Positions 1 through 9,828 are shown, counted from the first letter of the stretch. The stretch is 64,000 nt of DNA from Mesorhizobium sp. (GCF_004020365.1 NZ_SAQR01000009.1), one strand, 5' to 3'. The notes: generated by a model not told the origin, from the sequence alone. Made by a program: numbers and translations.

Positions 1-438
1 TATCTTTTAAATGGTGCCGGTACGAGAGGCTGAAAAAGCAACCTCGCGTTGTCACTTCCGATACTAAAATATCTCAGATAGGGGGCTAAAGGTAGGCGGA
101 GAATAAATAATATATCCATAAATATATTTCAGAGGACCACTTCCCATTCTTGTCAGGGGCTATTAGGTGTTGATTTACGAAGGAGGGACTGAATCGTTCA
201 GCGAGTTCATTTCCGACGAGGTTGACGCCTCATACGCCGGTTGCGAGCTTGAAAGCTCTTTCCTGAACTCAACGTAGCGAGGGCGCTACGGCGCCCAGCC
301 TGTTCTCAGGAGCGACTCTGCTCTTGTGGGTTAGCCGAGCCTCGTTGCAAGACGCAAAAGTATGCGAGAGACGGTTCGGTTCGGCTCGTGACTTCGCGAG
401 TGGCCGATGGCCGATGTAACACAACCAGGCTTGATCAT

Positions 439-1725
439 ATGACCAAGGATGTAAGCTTAGCCACGGCAGCAAGCACACGATGCGTCCACCAGAAGGACAC
501 TTCTCTTGCGCTCTTTGGAGGAGATCCCACGGTGCCGGCTGGGCGAGTTGTTCTTTGGCCAGCTGCGAAACGTAAACATTTGAAGGCGCTCGCAAATGTT
601 GTCGAAAGCGGCAAATATCATCGCGTCAATCACCCTATGGTGATTGAGCTCGAAAAGCGGCTAGCGGATTGGTCGGGTAACTGGTCTGTGCGCGCCGTTG
701 GAAGCGGCACAGCCGCTATTCACGTGGCTCTCGACTACTACCGGAACCGAGGTCGCCGAGTCGTTACGTCGGCTTTGAACTGGCCGGGAGCCGTCGGCCC
801 AATCGCGATCAGTGGACTCGAACCGGTCTTTGTCGATGTTGAGCCAGACCTTGCCGGAGTTGATGAGAAGATGGCGGCCTCCCTCATCAAGCCAGGTGAC
901 GCGGCGACGCTCATAACTCATCTGTTCGGAAATAACCTCTTGGTTCCCAGCTTGAGATTCGCGGCGCGAGCGCGAGGCGTGGCGATTATCGATGATGTTT
1001 GCCAATCAATTGGCGCTGCGAAAGATATTGTCAATGGAGCTTACTTGGAGAGCGATGCACTCTCTCTCTCCGGCAACGGAGCTAAACACCTCGGGGCAGG
1101 TGAGCTTGGATTTGTCCTGACGAGGGACCCTGCTCTGATCCACCATGTAGATAATGTTTCGCTGACAAGCTCGTCGCGATGTGGAGCTAGGATATTCTCC
1201 CCGAACTCCAAAGGCTACAATTACCGACCCAATGTATTCTCTGCTGCCATTGCTAATCACAGGCTCAAGCAGCTTGACCGGCAGCTTAAAAAAAGGCGAA
1301 GGAATGCTAGGTTCCTTTGGCAGGAGATTGGCCACCTCTCAGGGCTTCTGCCTCTTTTCGATCCAGCAGATCATCAACAATCGATGCTGAATCTCCCGTT
1401 GCGTCTTGAGCCGGAAAAGCTCGGTTTTCTACCTGGCCCTACGGCCAGGGATTTCATCATTAAGCTTCTTCAAGCCGAGGGAGTTCCCGTTGCGGTCTGG
1501 CTGACGAAGCCCGTCTTTGAATATCTGCCGGATATCTGCGGCCAATGGTCAAGGACCGATTTTCCAAACGCCATGAAGATATTGAACACCATGTTTTACG
1601 TGTCGGAGATCGCTCCACCAAACGACGTTGAAGTGATGAAATTGTACGCGGCCGCGTTTCAAAAGGTCTGGGCAGCGCTTCCAAACCTAGCTTCAAAAAT
1701 TCCTGAGATCGTATCTGTTGCCTGA
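439..1725 (+). CDS. DegT/DnrJ/EryC1/StrS-family PLP-dependent aminotransferase
   Basis: Family motifs PVFVDVEP, IIDDVCQSIGA, SGNGAKHLGAGELG (PLP lysine) and GYNYR. The ORF opens at GTG 388; ATG 439 is the preferred start. Confidence 0.85.
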   Translation: MTKDVSLATAASTRCVHQKDTSLALFGGDPTVPAGRVVLWPAAKRKHLKALANVVESGKYHRVNHPMVIELEKRLADWSGNWSVRAVGSGTAAIHVALDYYRNRGRRVVTSALNWPGAVGPIAISGLEPVFVDVEPDLAGVDEKMAASLIKPGDAATLITHLFGNNLLVPSLRFAARARGVAIIDDVCQSIGAAKDIVNGAYLESDALSLSGNGAKHLGAGELGFVLTRDPALIHHVDNVSLTSSSRCGARIFSPNSKGYNYRPNVFSAAIANHRLKQLDRQLKKRRRNARFLWQEIGHLSGLLPLFDPADHQQSMLNLPLRLEPEKLGFLPGPTARDFIIKLLQAEGVPVAVWLTKPVFEYLPDICGQWSRTDFPNAMKILNTMFYVSEIAPPNDVEVMKLYAAAFQKVWAALPNLASKIPEIVSVA

Positions 1726-1743
1726 GGGCGGGATGGCAAGCCG

Positions 1744-2499
1744 ATGGACTGCTCAATAAAAGGTTTTCCACCATATGGCTTTTCGATTGTTCTCAAATTC
1801 GGCGGGAGCATCATGCGTGATCTTGCCGTGTGTAAGCTCGCACTGGCTGAACTTGAGCGTCTCGCCGATAAGGGCCATCGAATCCTACTTGTTCCAGGCG
1901 GCGGCATCCCGGACAAAGCAATTGAGGCGATTGATGCAGCCGAGCGATTAGATCCGTGTACCGCGCATCATGCGTGTGCTCTAGCACAGGACCAAACGGG
2001 GTATTTGCTTGCGGATGCCGCCTTCTCTTCCAAACTAGTTCCATCGGCCAGCCTAGGCGAATGCCGAACTCTCGCGAGACTTGGGAAGATTCCAGTGCTG
2101 CTGCCTTCCCGTTTGCTGTTTGCGGCTGACCCAGTGGAATGGAGTTGGGACGTCACATCCGACGCCGTTGCCGCGTGGATCGCTTGGTTAACTGGGGCAC
2201 CACAGCTGGTGATTTTGACAGATGTCGATGGCGTGCATCGCGGTGGAGCAACCGACGATCCCGCTGCACTTATAGAGCAGATCGCTGCTCAAGATCTTGT
2301 CCTTCTCGGCCACACCTCGATTGACGCCTGCGCGGTCGAATTCATGGCGAAGAAAAGCCTTCCCGGCGTTGTGATTAATGCCCGTCATCCCGCTCGTCTC
2401 GCCGATTGGCTGGAAGGGAGACGCGTTAGAGCGACTAGGATCACCGTCGCGAGCAGGAAGGCCCATATCACAAGCGACCCTTTGGGGGGGGCGGCATGA
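1744..2499 (+). CDS. Amino-acid-kinase-superfamily small-molecule kinase, MfnE-like
   Basis: N-terminal VLKFGGS, VPGGG and ILTDVDGV motifs; the WSWDVTSDAVAAWIA segment resembles the MfnE/uridylate-kinase-like branch. Confidence 0.8.
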   Translation: MDCSIKGFPPYGFSIVLKFGGSIMRDLAVCKLALAELERLADKGHRILLVPGGGIPDKAIEAIDAAERLDPCTAHHACALAQDQTGYLLADAAFSSKLVPSASLGECRTLARLGKIPVLLPSRLLFAADPVEWSWDVTSDAVAAWIAWLTGAPQLVILTDVDGVHRGGATDDPAALIEQIAAQDLVLLGHTSIDACAVEFMAKKSLPGVVINARHPARLADWLEGRRVRATRITVASRKAHITSDPLGGAA

Positions 2500-3326
2500 T
2501 GTCATCCACGGCGCTGATAGTGTATGGCCCGGAAGTCGCGCGCTCTGGCCTAACCTCGCTGCTCGACGAATTTATTCGCCGGCGAACCGGTTTGGAACTC
2601 TCGGAACGGTTCTTTTCGATTCATAGTCGCAAATCCATTGATGCGTTTTATACCCTTACCTGTTCCACCGGCGGGAAGCATTGGCCATTGGTGCTGGACT
2701 TATTCGACATGCGTCCGGTTTGCGCCACGATCTGGAGCGGACCTAATGCGCTGCACTTGTCGCAAAAACTGAAGGGTAACACACAGCCGGCCCAGGCTTT
2801 ATCCGGCACCGTACGTAGTCTCTTTTTCTGCGATAATCCCGTGACGAACCTCCTTCATGTGAGCGATAGTCATCAAGTAATGGATGCTGAGCTGAGAATA
2901 CTTAGGTGCCGGTCGTTGGGCGACGAAGCGACTGCTTGGATTTCTCTCGATTCCGGCTACATTGCCCATTCATCTTTCCAAATGTTGCTAAACGTTCTCG
3001 GCGACAGGGGAGCTGCGCCGATGCCGGACAATCGGAGTGATGGTAGCGCGTTTGCCCACGCAAGATTCTGTTACGACAGAGCACTCCTAACCGCAGCAAA
3101 GTCGGGCCTAACGACAGCCGTCCAGCGGTATTTCCAGGGGGATCGAGCCGGTCTAGAAGGCCTCTTCCGGTATGCACCCCTCCGCTCATCTTGGGACCGC
3201 CTCATTCTTGAGGCCGGTCTGTTTTCAATGCCTCTTTGGAATTGCTTACTGAAGCGAACCGTTGATGCCGTCGAGCCGGGAAAACAACCAGGCATGGCAC
3301 CGCGCCGGAAGGCCGGAGAACAATGA
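2496..3326 (+). CDS. Nucleoside-diphosphate-kinase-like protein with C-terminal extension
   Basis: KLKGNTQPAQALSGTVRSLF...NLLHVSDS matches the NDK G-x-T-x-P-x-x-A-x-x-GT-x-R...N-x-x-H-x-SDS signature. ATGA overlap with the upstream gene. Confidence 0.7.
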   Translation: MMSSTALIVYGPEVARSGLTSLLDEFIRRRTGLELSERFFSIHSRKSIDAFYTLTCSTGGKHWPLVLDLFDMRPVCATIWSGPNALHLSQKLKGNTQPAQALSGTVRSLFFCDNPVTNLLHVSDSHQVMDAELRILRCRSLGDEATAWISLDSGYIAHSSFQMLLNVLGDRGAAPMPDNRSDGSAFAHARFCYDRALLTAAKSGLTTAVQRYFQGDRAGLEGLFRYAPLRSSWDRLILEAGLFSMPLWNCLLKRTVDAVEPGKQPGMAPRRKAGEQ

Positions 3327-4003
3327 GCGAACTTGATCGTATCAGGACAACGCTTCGGACAAGTCAACAAGCCACTTTCCCGCGTCAGATGCAGGCATTC
3401 GGACTGGATCTGGTCGTACAGGAAGGGGTTTTTCCTCCAGAGCACTTCCAGAGTTGGCGTTGGATTAGCGAGAATTTTCCCCCATTCGACGGAAAGACCG
3501 TCTTAGAAATCGGCTGCGGTTTCGGTCTTCCCGGCCTTCTGTTGGCAAAGACTGGCGCGCTGTCGTTGCTGACTTGTGACATCAATCCGAGGGCCGTCGC
3601 GAACACGTTGGAGAATGCTGCAAGAAACGGCATTAGTAACGTCGAGGTCATCGCAAGCGATATATTTAACAATGTTCCACCTGGCAGAAGGTTCGACATC
3701 ATATTTTGGAACTACCCGTCGAGCTACGCTCCAGAAGATTACGAGTTTGTCCACGACCTCGAAGGTGGTGCGATCGATCCAGGGTACAACTTGCTCGAGA
3801 GATTTCTTTCAGATGGCCCAAGGTTCCTTACGGAATCAGGTCGTATCGTTCTTGGGTTCGGCACTAATGCCCGTGACGACCTTCTTGAAAAGATTGCGGG
3901 TTCAAATGATCTCACATCTGTGCTTCTGCGAGCCGGGACCTATCCCGACGTCAACGTAACTTACAGGCTGTTCTCAATATCAAAGAAGGCCACAAGCGCA
4001 TGA
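3323..4003 (+). CDS. Class I SAM-dependent methyltransferase (HemK/MTS-like)
   Basis: VLEIGCGFG motif I, TCDINPRAV motif II and DIIFWNYP motif IV. ATGA overlap. Confidence 0.85.
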   Translation: MSELDRIRTTLRTSQQATFPRQMQAFGLDLVVQEGVFPPEHFQSWRWISENFPPFDGKTVLEIGCGFGLPGLLLAKTGALSLLTCDINPRAVANTLENAARNGISNVEVIASDIFNNVPPGRRFDIIFWNYPSSYAPEDYEFVHDLEGGAIDPGYNLLERFLSDGPRFLTESGRIVLGFGTNARDDLLEKIAGSNDLTSVLLRAGTYPDVNVTYRLFSISKKATSA

Positions 4004-4539
4004 TGCCCGAGCTGATGCGCATTGCGTTGGTCGCCATTTCGCGCAATCGGAGCAAAGATAGCTGGGTAGCGGGCAGTAGCGTCCTTTCGCAGTTCATCCA
4101 GCGTGCGCCGAACGACATTGACATTCATCATGTCAATTTGGCCGCATTCAATCAGGCTGTGGATAAGGATACCAGGGCTCTGGCGGACGCGGGGTTCTCC
4201 ATTGCCACATCGCGACCTGCCGACGCGGAGCTGGAGATCGTATTCTTGAGATCGAACGGGACCCTGGCGATAAATTGGGTTCTCGAACAGGAACGACCGA
4301 CGGCGTTAATCAACGATCCGCTTTTTGGGACAAGGGCGAGTTTCGCGGACGTCATCGCGCGAAAGGTCGAGATGCACCTGGAGAACCACCATTCGAAGCA
4401 CAGGGATGATCTCCTTGCACTCCTGGAGCATTCCGCCTCAATCTCGGCCGAAATGAGTCTGGACCAATTGGTTGGTAGCATCTCCGCGCTAGACCTCGCG
4501 AAATACGTCAATACCAACCTTCGTGGCAGCACGCGATAG
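4000..4539 (+). CDS. Putative nucleotidyltransferase-fold protein (AbiEii/Pol-beta-like)
   Basis: WVAGSSVL...RAPNDIDI resembles the G[GS]...DxD catalytic motif. ATGA overlap. Confidence 0.5.
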   Translation: MMPELMRIALVAISRNRSKDSWVAGSSVLSQFIQRAPNDIDIHHVNLAAFNQAVDKDTRALADAGFSIATSRPADAELEIVFLRSNGTLAINWVLEQERPTALINDPLFGTRASFADVIARKVEMHLENHHSKHRDDLLALLEHSASISAEMSLDQLVGSISALDLAKYVNTNLRGSTR

Positions 4540-5117
4540 ATGTCAGCCCCCAATCTCCCAGGAATTCCCGAACACCGTGGCAAACGTAGAAGTGGACATG
4601 GAAGAAGCTCGACCTGGTCCACCGATCTGTCGACCGGCAAAAGGAGCCGCTGACTTGCTGTCGGTGAAGAAGGAAGCTAGGATCTTGCCTGCCTTCCTGC
4701 GTCCCACGCTGCTGCGGCCGACCCATGCCCTCTCGAGGCCCTCCAGCGCCACTCAGTCGGCGAGCGCGCCGTCGAACCTTGCGCATGGACCGCCTAGGTC
4801 ACGGAGTCGACCTGGTGCTGCAGCCTTGCCCAACGACGAGGAACCTGCCTTGTCCTCCGGTTTGATCCCGGTGTAGTAGTTCGTCAGCTTCTCAATTGTT
4901 GAAGCTTCCCCTATGATCACCAAACACCCGCGCGCCGTGGCAAGAGGGTTGCTCGGTGAGTTCGTCGTTTCCATGTAACAAGCACGCAGTACGCACAGTC
5001 GAAAGTGCGGTTCAAGTTTATCGCTTCAATGGCTCGTGCACGCGAGCACGCGCGACGAAGACCGAGGTGGGATCCGGAAATAACCTCGGAACTGCCCGAA
5101 TTGGCCTTGGTGGGGAT

Positions 5118-5933
5118 TCAGACTTCCGCCATCTGCAGACACTGGCAAAGATATTCGCTCAGCAACACCAGAGGCGGCACGTGCATCGCCGACCCGGCCT
5201 GTGGCCAAGCCTCAGCCGAGGTAAACAATACCACCTCGTCCGCAGTCCGGGCGATCGGGCAGTCAACGCGGGTCGTAATGGCAATCGTGTATGCTCCGGT
5301 TTCGCGCGCAATAGCCAGAAAATCCTTGGTTTCCACAGTGTGGCCACGCGACGAAATGCCAATGGCGAGGCTCAACGAGCCAAGCCCTCGCGCGAGAGCG
5401 TGAGACACGGTGGCGGACCCCGAGCAATGTGCGGGGAAACCTAGGCAGATCAGTCGCATGGCCAGAATATCAGCGCAGACGGATGACGGCCCCGTGCCGA
5501 ACAGTTCGACGCGTCGGGCCGCTCGGATGCGGTTGGCAAACCCACTAATTTGAAGGTCGTCAAAACCACGAGCGGACGCGGAAATTGAGTTTTGTAAAGC
5601 AGAACTGAGGATGGCGATCCGAGGAGCTGTGTCTACAGCTTCTGATGGCGCGCGTTCAGCCAGTTCGCCGCTCAACTTCCGCCGCTCAATTTCGCCGCTG
5701 AGCGCAATCTTAAACTCGCGAAATCCCGAGAGTCCCAAGGTTCGGCAAAATCTTACAATTGAAGCAGAACCGGTAGCGGTGTTGCGCGCAAGGTCGGCAA
5801 TGGACAGCGCCAGAACAGCCTCGGGGTCTTGTGCAACATACAGAGCTATACGTGCGAGCGCATTCGGAGCCGTGTTAATTGCATCATAGATGATGTCTAG
5901 CAGCAATTTCTGTGTATGTCGGGGCTTCCGCAT
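5118..5933 (-). CDS. RpiR/MurR-family transcriptional regulator (HTH + SIS)
   Basis: LSIADLA...ASIVRFCRTLGLSGFREFK helix-turn-helix, followed by an SIS sugar-phosphate-binding domain (GTGPSS, GISSRGHT, AITT). Confidence 0.9.
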   Translation of the reverse strand: MRKPRHTQKLLLDIIYDAINTAPNALARIALYVAQDPEAVLALSIADLARNTATGSASIVRFCRTLGLSGFREFKIALSGEIERRKLSGELAERAPSEAVDTAPRIAILSSALQNSISASARGFDDLQISGFANRIRAARRVELFGTGPSSVCADILAMRLICLGFPAHCSGSATVSHALARGLGSLSLAIGISSRGHTVETKDFLAIARETGAYTIAITTRVDCPIARTADEVVLFTSAEAWPQAGSAMHVPPLVLLSEYLCQCLQMAEV

Positions 5934-6445
5934 GTGTCTTAGTGTTCGTTCCAAGCTGGCAGTCGACCCGCGAAGGCCTAGCAAAGCCCTGCATATTCGA
6001 GTCTCGCTGACGGTTCACTGACGCAGATCATAGACAAGGTCGATATCGGATTCCGGCTGCCGCTCCGTTCGCGCCCATGTCTCGGCAGTCGGGGCAATGG
6101 ACGCGAGGGCATGCGCTCGGCCGCTCGCGAGGCGGTCTTGCGAGTGGCCTCGTTTAACGACGTCTCCTGGCCCGATGCTGTCAATGGAGCTTACTTTACT
6201 GGCTGCGCATGCGCCGCGCAAACCGTGGTGTCCTCGTCGTCAGGGCAGTGGGGACGACTGCACGGCAACGCAAGCGGTGCCGTCTGGGAAAATATATTCA
6301 TTAGTATATTGGCGACATAACCAATCTTACTTGCGTTCTTCTATGATTAGGTTCATCGTCCGATCGAAAACGGGGGCATGACAAGGTGACTACATCTCTA
6401 GGGAACGCCGACGTGGCGTTTGGTAAATAGCTCATCTCAGCAAGT

Positions 6446-6460
6446 TGGCCACGAGCTTGC
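6446..6460 (+). promoter_or_regulatory. Candidate sigma54 (-24/-12) promoter of the sulfotransferase gene
   Basis: TGGCCACGAGCTTGC fits GG-N10-GC. A one-mismatch NifA-like site, TGA-N10-ACA, lies at 6379-6394. Confidence 0.4.
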
Positions 6461-6634
6461 CGATGCCACCCGTACTAGCGGTTCGTCTCGCGGCTAGCGC
6501 ATGCGACGGGCTTTACTTCTCTGGTACGGCAACAGAGGGCGCGACTGCTTGGGGTCAAGCTGGTCAGGAACTTGTCCTGTCGCGCATTGGCTCCGGCTGT
6601 TTAAAAAAGCCGCTGCAACAGTGAGGAAACCACA

Positions 6635-7501
6635 ATGTTTCACCCGCTTCCAGAAGAGCTGCGCGATATCGCGGGTCAACCCTTTCCACTTTATCCCTGC
6701 TCGAATGAATCTTGGTCAATCAAGCCGACGGCCGGCCGCTCAAGCTCGCGGGTTATGATATGTTCCATTCCGAAGGCGGGCACCCACCTATATGCCCGTC
6801 TGCTTGGACTGCTCGGGCTTGTACAGTCCGATGTGTTCTTTAATAAAGACTATCTTGGAGACTTCCGCTTTGTGGATGTCGAGCGAGCTCGCTTCACTCA
6901 TTCCGAAAATATTCTATGGATACCGATCGAGATATCCTCGCGCTTTATTCAGCCCGGTCAGTTTGGCTATGGGCATCTACCGTGCGACATCGGCACTCGC
7001 CATTGTTTAGCGGATTTCAAGATCGTCTTTCTTTCGCGCGAAATGCGTGCGGCAATTGTGTCGCAGATGCGATATGTAGGTGACAGCGATTGGTGCCCGC
7101 CTGAGAGGGCTGAGATTACGTGGCGCAATGAGCCGGACGGACCTGACAAAATGCTGAAGTACTTCGATGAGATCGCGCCTTTCATTTTCAATGATCGCTG
7201 CCATCCAGTGGCACCGTGGGCGGATCAGGAGAATGTTCTTGGATTGAGCTATGAGCAGATCATAGGCGACCAAGGACGCGAAGTTCAGCTCGAGACCATT
7301 CGCAGAATTGTAGAGTTTTGCGAGATCGAGCGGCCGCCGCAGCCTGAGCTGATCTTAAACCAGCTAATCGGACAGCAGACCTTCACCCTGTCCAGCGGGC
7401 GAACTTCGTGGGAGGCTTGCTGGAATGCCGAGATCGAGGCGCGGTTTACCGCGCTGGGAGGGACGAGACTCAACGAGCGATTCGGATTTGGTTCGAGATA
7501 G
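6635..7501 (+). CDS. Sulfotransferase-domain protein
   Basis: SIPKAGTHL (5'-PSB loop) and R-x7-S (REMRAAIVS, 3'-PB motif). GAGGA RBS before ATG 6635. Confidence 0.7.
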   Translation: MFHPLPEELRDIAGQPFPLYPCSNESWSIKPTAGRSSSRVMICSIPKAGTHLYARLLGLLGLVQSDVFFNKDYLGDFRFVDVERARFTHSENILWIPIEISSRFIQPGQFGYGHLPCDIGTRHCLADFKIVFLSREMRAAIVSQMRYVGDSDWCPPERAEITWRNEPDGPDKMLKYFDEIAPFIFNDRCHPVAPWADQENVLGLSYEQIIGDQGREVQLETIRRIVEFCEIERPPQPELILNQLIGQQTFTLSSGRTSWEACWNAEIEARFTALGGTRLNERFGFGSR

Positions 7502-8102
7502 ATTTCAGGCTGTCGCAGAGCCCGGCGATGGCAGGTACGCTCGGAGCCGCTCGCCGGACGTTTATGCGAGCGATATTCTGGAAAGGCGCGCTGACCACTG
7601 CCCACCTGCCGCCCGCGCAATCACTTCCTGAAGTGCCGACATCGCGATTGGCGCGGGGCTTGCAAGGACCCTTGGTGCAACGTTCGACCGGAGCGCAGCG
7701 ACGGGAGATGCCCGGGAGGGAGGAACCTGCCTCGATCCGGTTAGGAGACAAGAATTGTTGAATATAATCCCGCACACCGCAGCGCGAGTCCCGCGCGCCC
7801 TAAGCCCTCTTATCCCAGCTTTACGTGCAGGTGTTTGCTGCAGTCACGCTCAGCCATCGCACTCGGCCGCCTGAAGTCGCTCGGCGAACGGCGACCGCGG
7901 GGGCAGTTCGCACGCACACAGCGCCGCTCACGGATGGGTCGGCTGTTGGGCCCAGCCATCCCACCGCATCTCTTCGAATAGCACGAGCCCCTTGACCTCC
8001 CGTCATCCGCGAACAGCGGGTGAGGCATTAAAGCGGTGCCCCCTTTGACGTCAAAAGGCCAGCCGTTGCCGCCCTGCCGTTCACTGTTAATTGGAGCCTA
8101 AC

Positions 8103-8830
8103 CATGCCTTACGCCAAAAGCCGGCCTTATCGCTCTTTCAGCCCTAGCCCTGCTTTTTTTCGGGCTGGCGACGCAATATGGTCCAGTTGCCAAAGACTAC
8201 GTGCGCCAGCATGAAAACCATAGCCGGCTCGTCGCGTTTTGGCGGAAGCTCATTCCAGAGCGGCGCGACGCACTCTTAAACGACGCCGCTGCGCCAACTG
8301 CTGGCAACCTGAATGGCGACGTCCCTCTCGTCTTATTTTTGGACTACAACTGCCCGCGGTGCCGGGCGGAAGACCGTACAATCCAGCAAGCCCTCAAGCA
8401 TGATCCCATGCTGAAGGTTGTCTACAAACATTGTCCGGGCAAGAGACCGGGTTCCAAATTTGCCGCACTGGCGGCGCTCGCCTCCAGCAAACAGGGAAAA
8501 TATGAGGCGTTCCATCACGCCCTTATGGCTGCTCGCGGCCAGCTCAGCCAATTCGACATCTTGACTATCGCACGACACGTTGGCCTCGAGGTTGAGCAGC
8601 TCAAGCGGGACATGGAAGACCGCGCCATCGAAAACGTCCTCGAGCGCAATTGCGCGCTCGCCAAGGAGCTGTACATCAACGTCACGCCGGCGTTGGTTCT
8701 CGGCGACGAAGTGATTTCAGGTGTGCTCAAGATTCACACGCTGGAACGCTTCATCGCCAAAGAGCGGGAAGAAGCTAAGCGTCGTGCCGGATCACAACTT
8801 CGGCATTTTGACAGCGTGGCGGCCGGTGCG
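8103..8830 (+). pseudogene. DsbA-family thiol-disulfide oxidoreductase, frameshifted at both ends
   Basis: FLDYNCPRC thioredoxin motif and INVTP cis-Pro loop. ATG 8103 is out of frame with the hydrophobic signal segment. One missing C near 8796 relative to the 21.8 kb copy causes read-through to 9091. Confidence 0.75.
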
Positions 8831-8901
8831 ATCCCGTTCTTTGGCCACGAGTGCCGCTTCTCGCGCCGGGCCAAATCTCTTATATGGCCCGGCAACGCGG
8901 T
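8540..8901 (+). repeat. ~360-bp direct repeat, copy 1 (3' part of dsbA plus downstream)
   Basis: Near-identical to 21560-21922 by direct reading. Confidence 0.95.
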
Positions 8902-9059
8902 GCTAGCGTGCAAAGTCCTGCATTCAGCTCGCTTTCCTCAACTTGGCCGAACGCGATCGCACAGCTCGGGATCTATTCAGCCGGTCCTGGTGTTTCCGTT
9001 CCGCCATCGGCGTCTTTCACCGAAGCCTCGCCAGAAGATAGGCGGGAGGCGCGCCGACG

Positions 9060-9440
9060 CCTGCTTCAGATCGCGGCCGGCGCGACGATGATCGTCATGG
9101 GCTCTCGCCCCCCTGGGGTGATCGTACAAGTCCCGATTGTCAGAAGAATCTGTTGACGTGGACGCCTCGGCGCCAAGCTCGCGCCACCTGTCGACAGCGC
9201 GGCCCTTGGCGTGTTGGATAAAGCCGCAAAGCGGTTGCAAGAAATCCCGTTCGGATTGACGAAAATGACGGTGGCCGCACCCATGCACCTCGATCATGCC
9301 ATTCAAGGCCGAGGCTCTGGTCGAGGTCACCTCATTGAGGATGACGGCGGCCGGAATTGCCTGGATCAAGCAGCCAATCGTGGTGCGCGACACCTCATTT
9401 ATTGAATTGAGGGTGGCGCCGGTGTTCCGGCATTGAAGTC
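9060..9440 (-). pseudogene. Remnant of a filamentous haemagglutinin/CdiA two-partner-secretion domain
   Basis: ILNEVTSTRASALNGMIEVHG and VIFVNPNGISCN...NTPRAAL lie in adjacent frames and match the TPS-domain NPNGI motif. Confidence 0.65.
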
Positions 9441-9828
9441 CTGATATCAATTGTGCGACAGGCTGCCTCATCGAACCGCTGGCGGAGGCAAGCGTGGGCT
9501 GCAGCACCAGATCACAGGCATGCCGCCAGCGAGGCCATCCCATGTGCTATGCCGCCAAGATCGAATTCGCTACCCGCATGAAACCTCGGTGTGGTGGAGG
9601 TGTTGAGAGGCACCTGCGCCAGGCTGGCGAACGGTTAGAAGCGGGCAAAACCCGTAGCTCAGCTCATAGCCCGCCTAAACAAAGGCGGGCATCTTAGAAG
9701 GCCGCAGTCCTTCGGACTTAGGTCCAAAAGAGCGGCCCAGGTGATTTCGCAAGCCGGGCGGGGGTTTGCGCCGTTCGCATCAAGAGCTGTCCGCCCGGCC
9801 AATTCTGTCCCTTACATAAACCTGACAA

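Noticed and set aside
100-150. AT-rich TATCCAT stretch resembling the start of a nod box
   Set aside because: It lacks the ATC-N9-GAT repeats and the AAACAATCGATTT core.
8830-9091. C-terminal extension of ORF 8201-9091
   Set aside because: It is read-through caused by a 1-nt indel, as shown by the second copy of the repeat.
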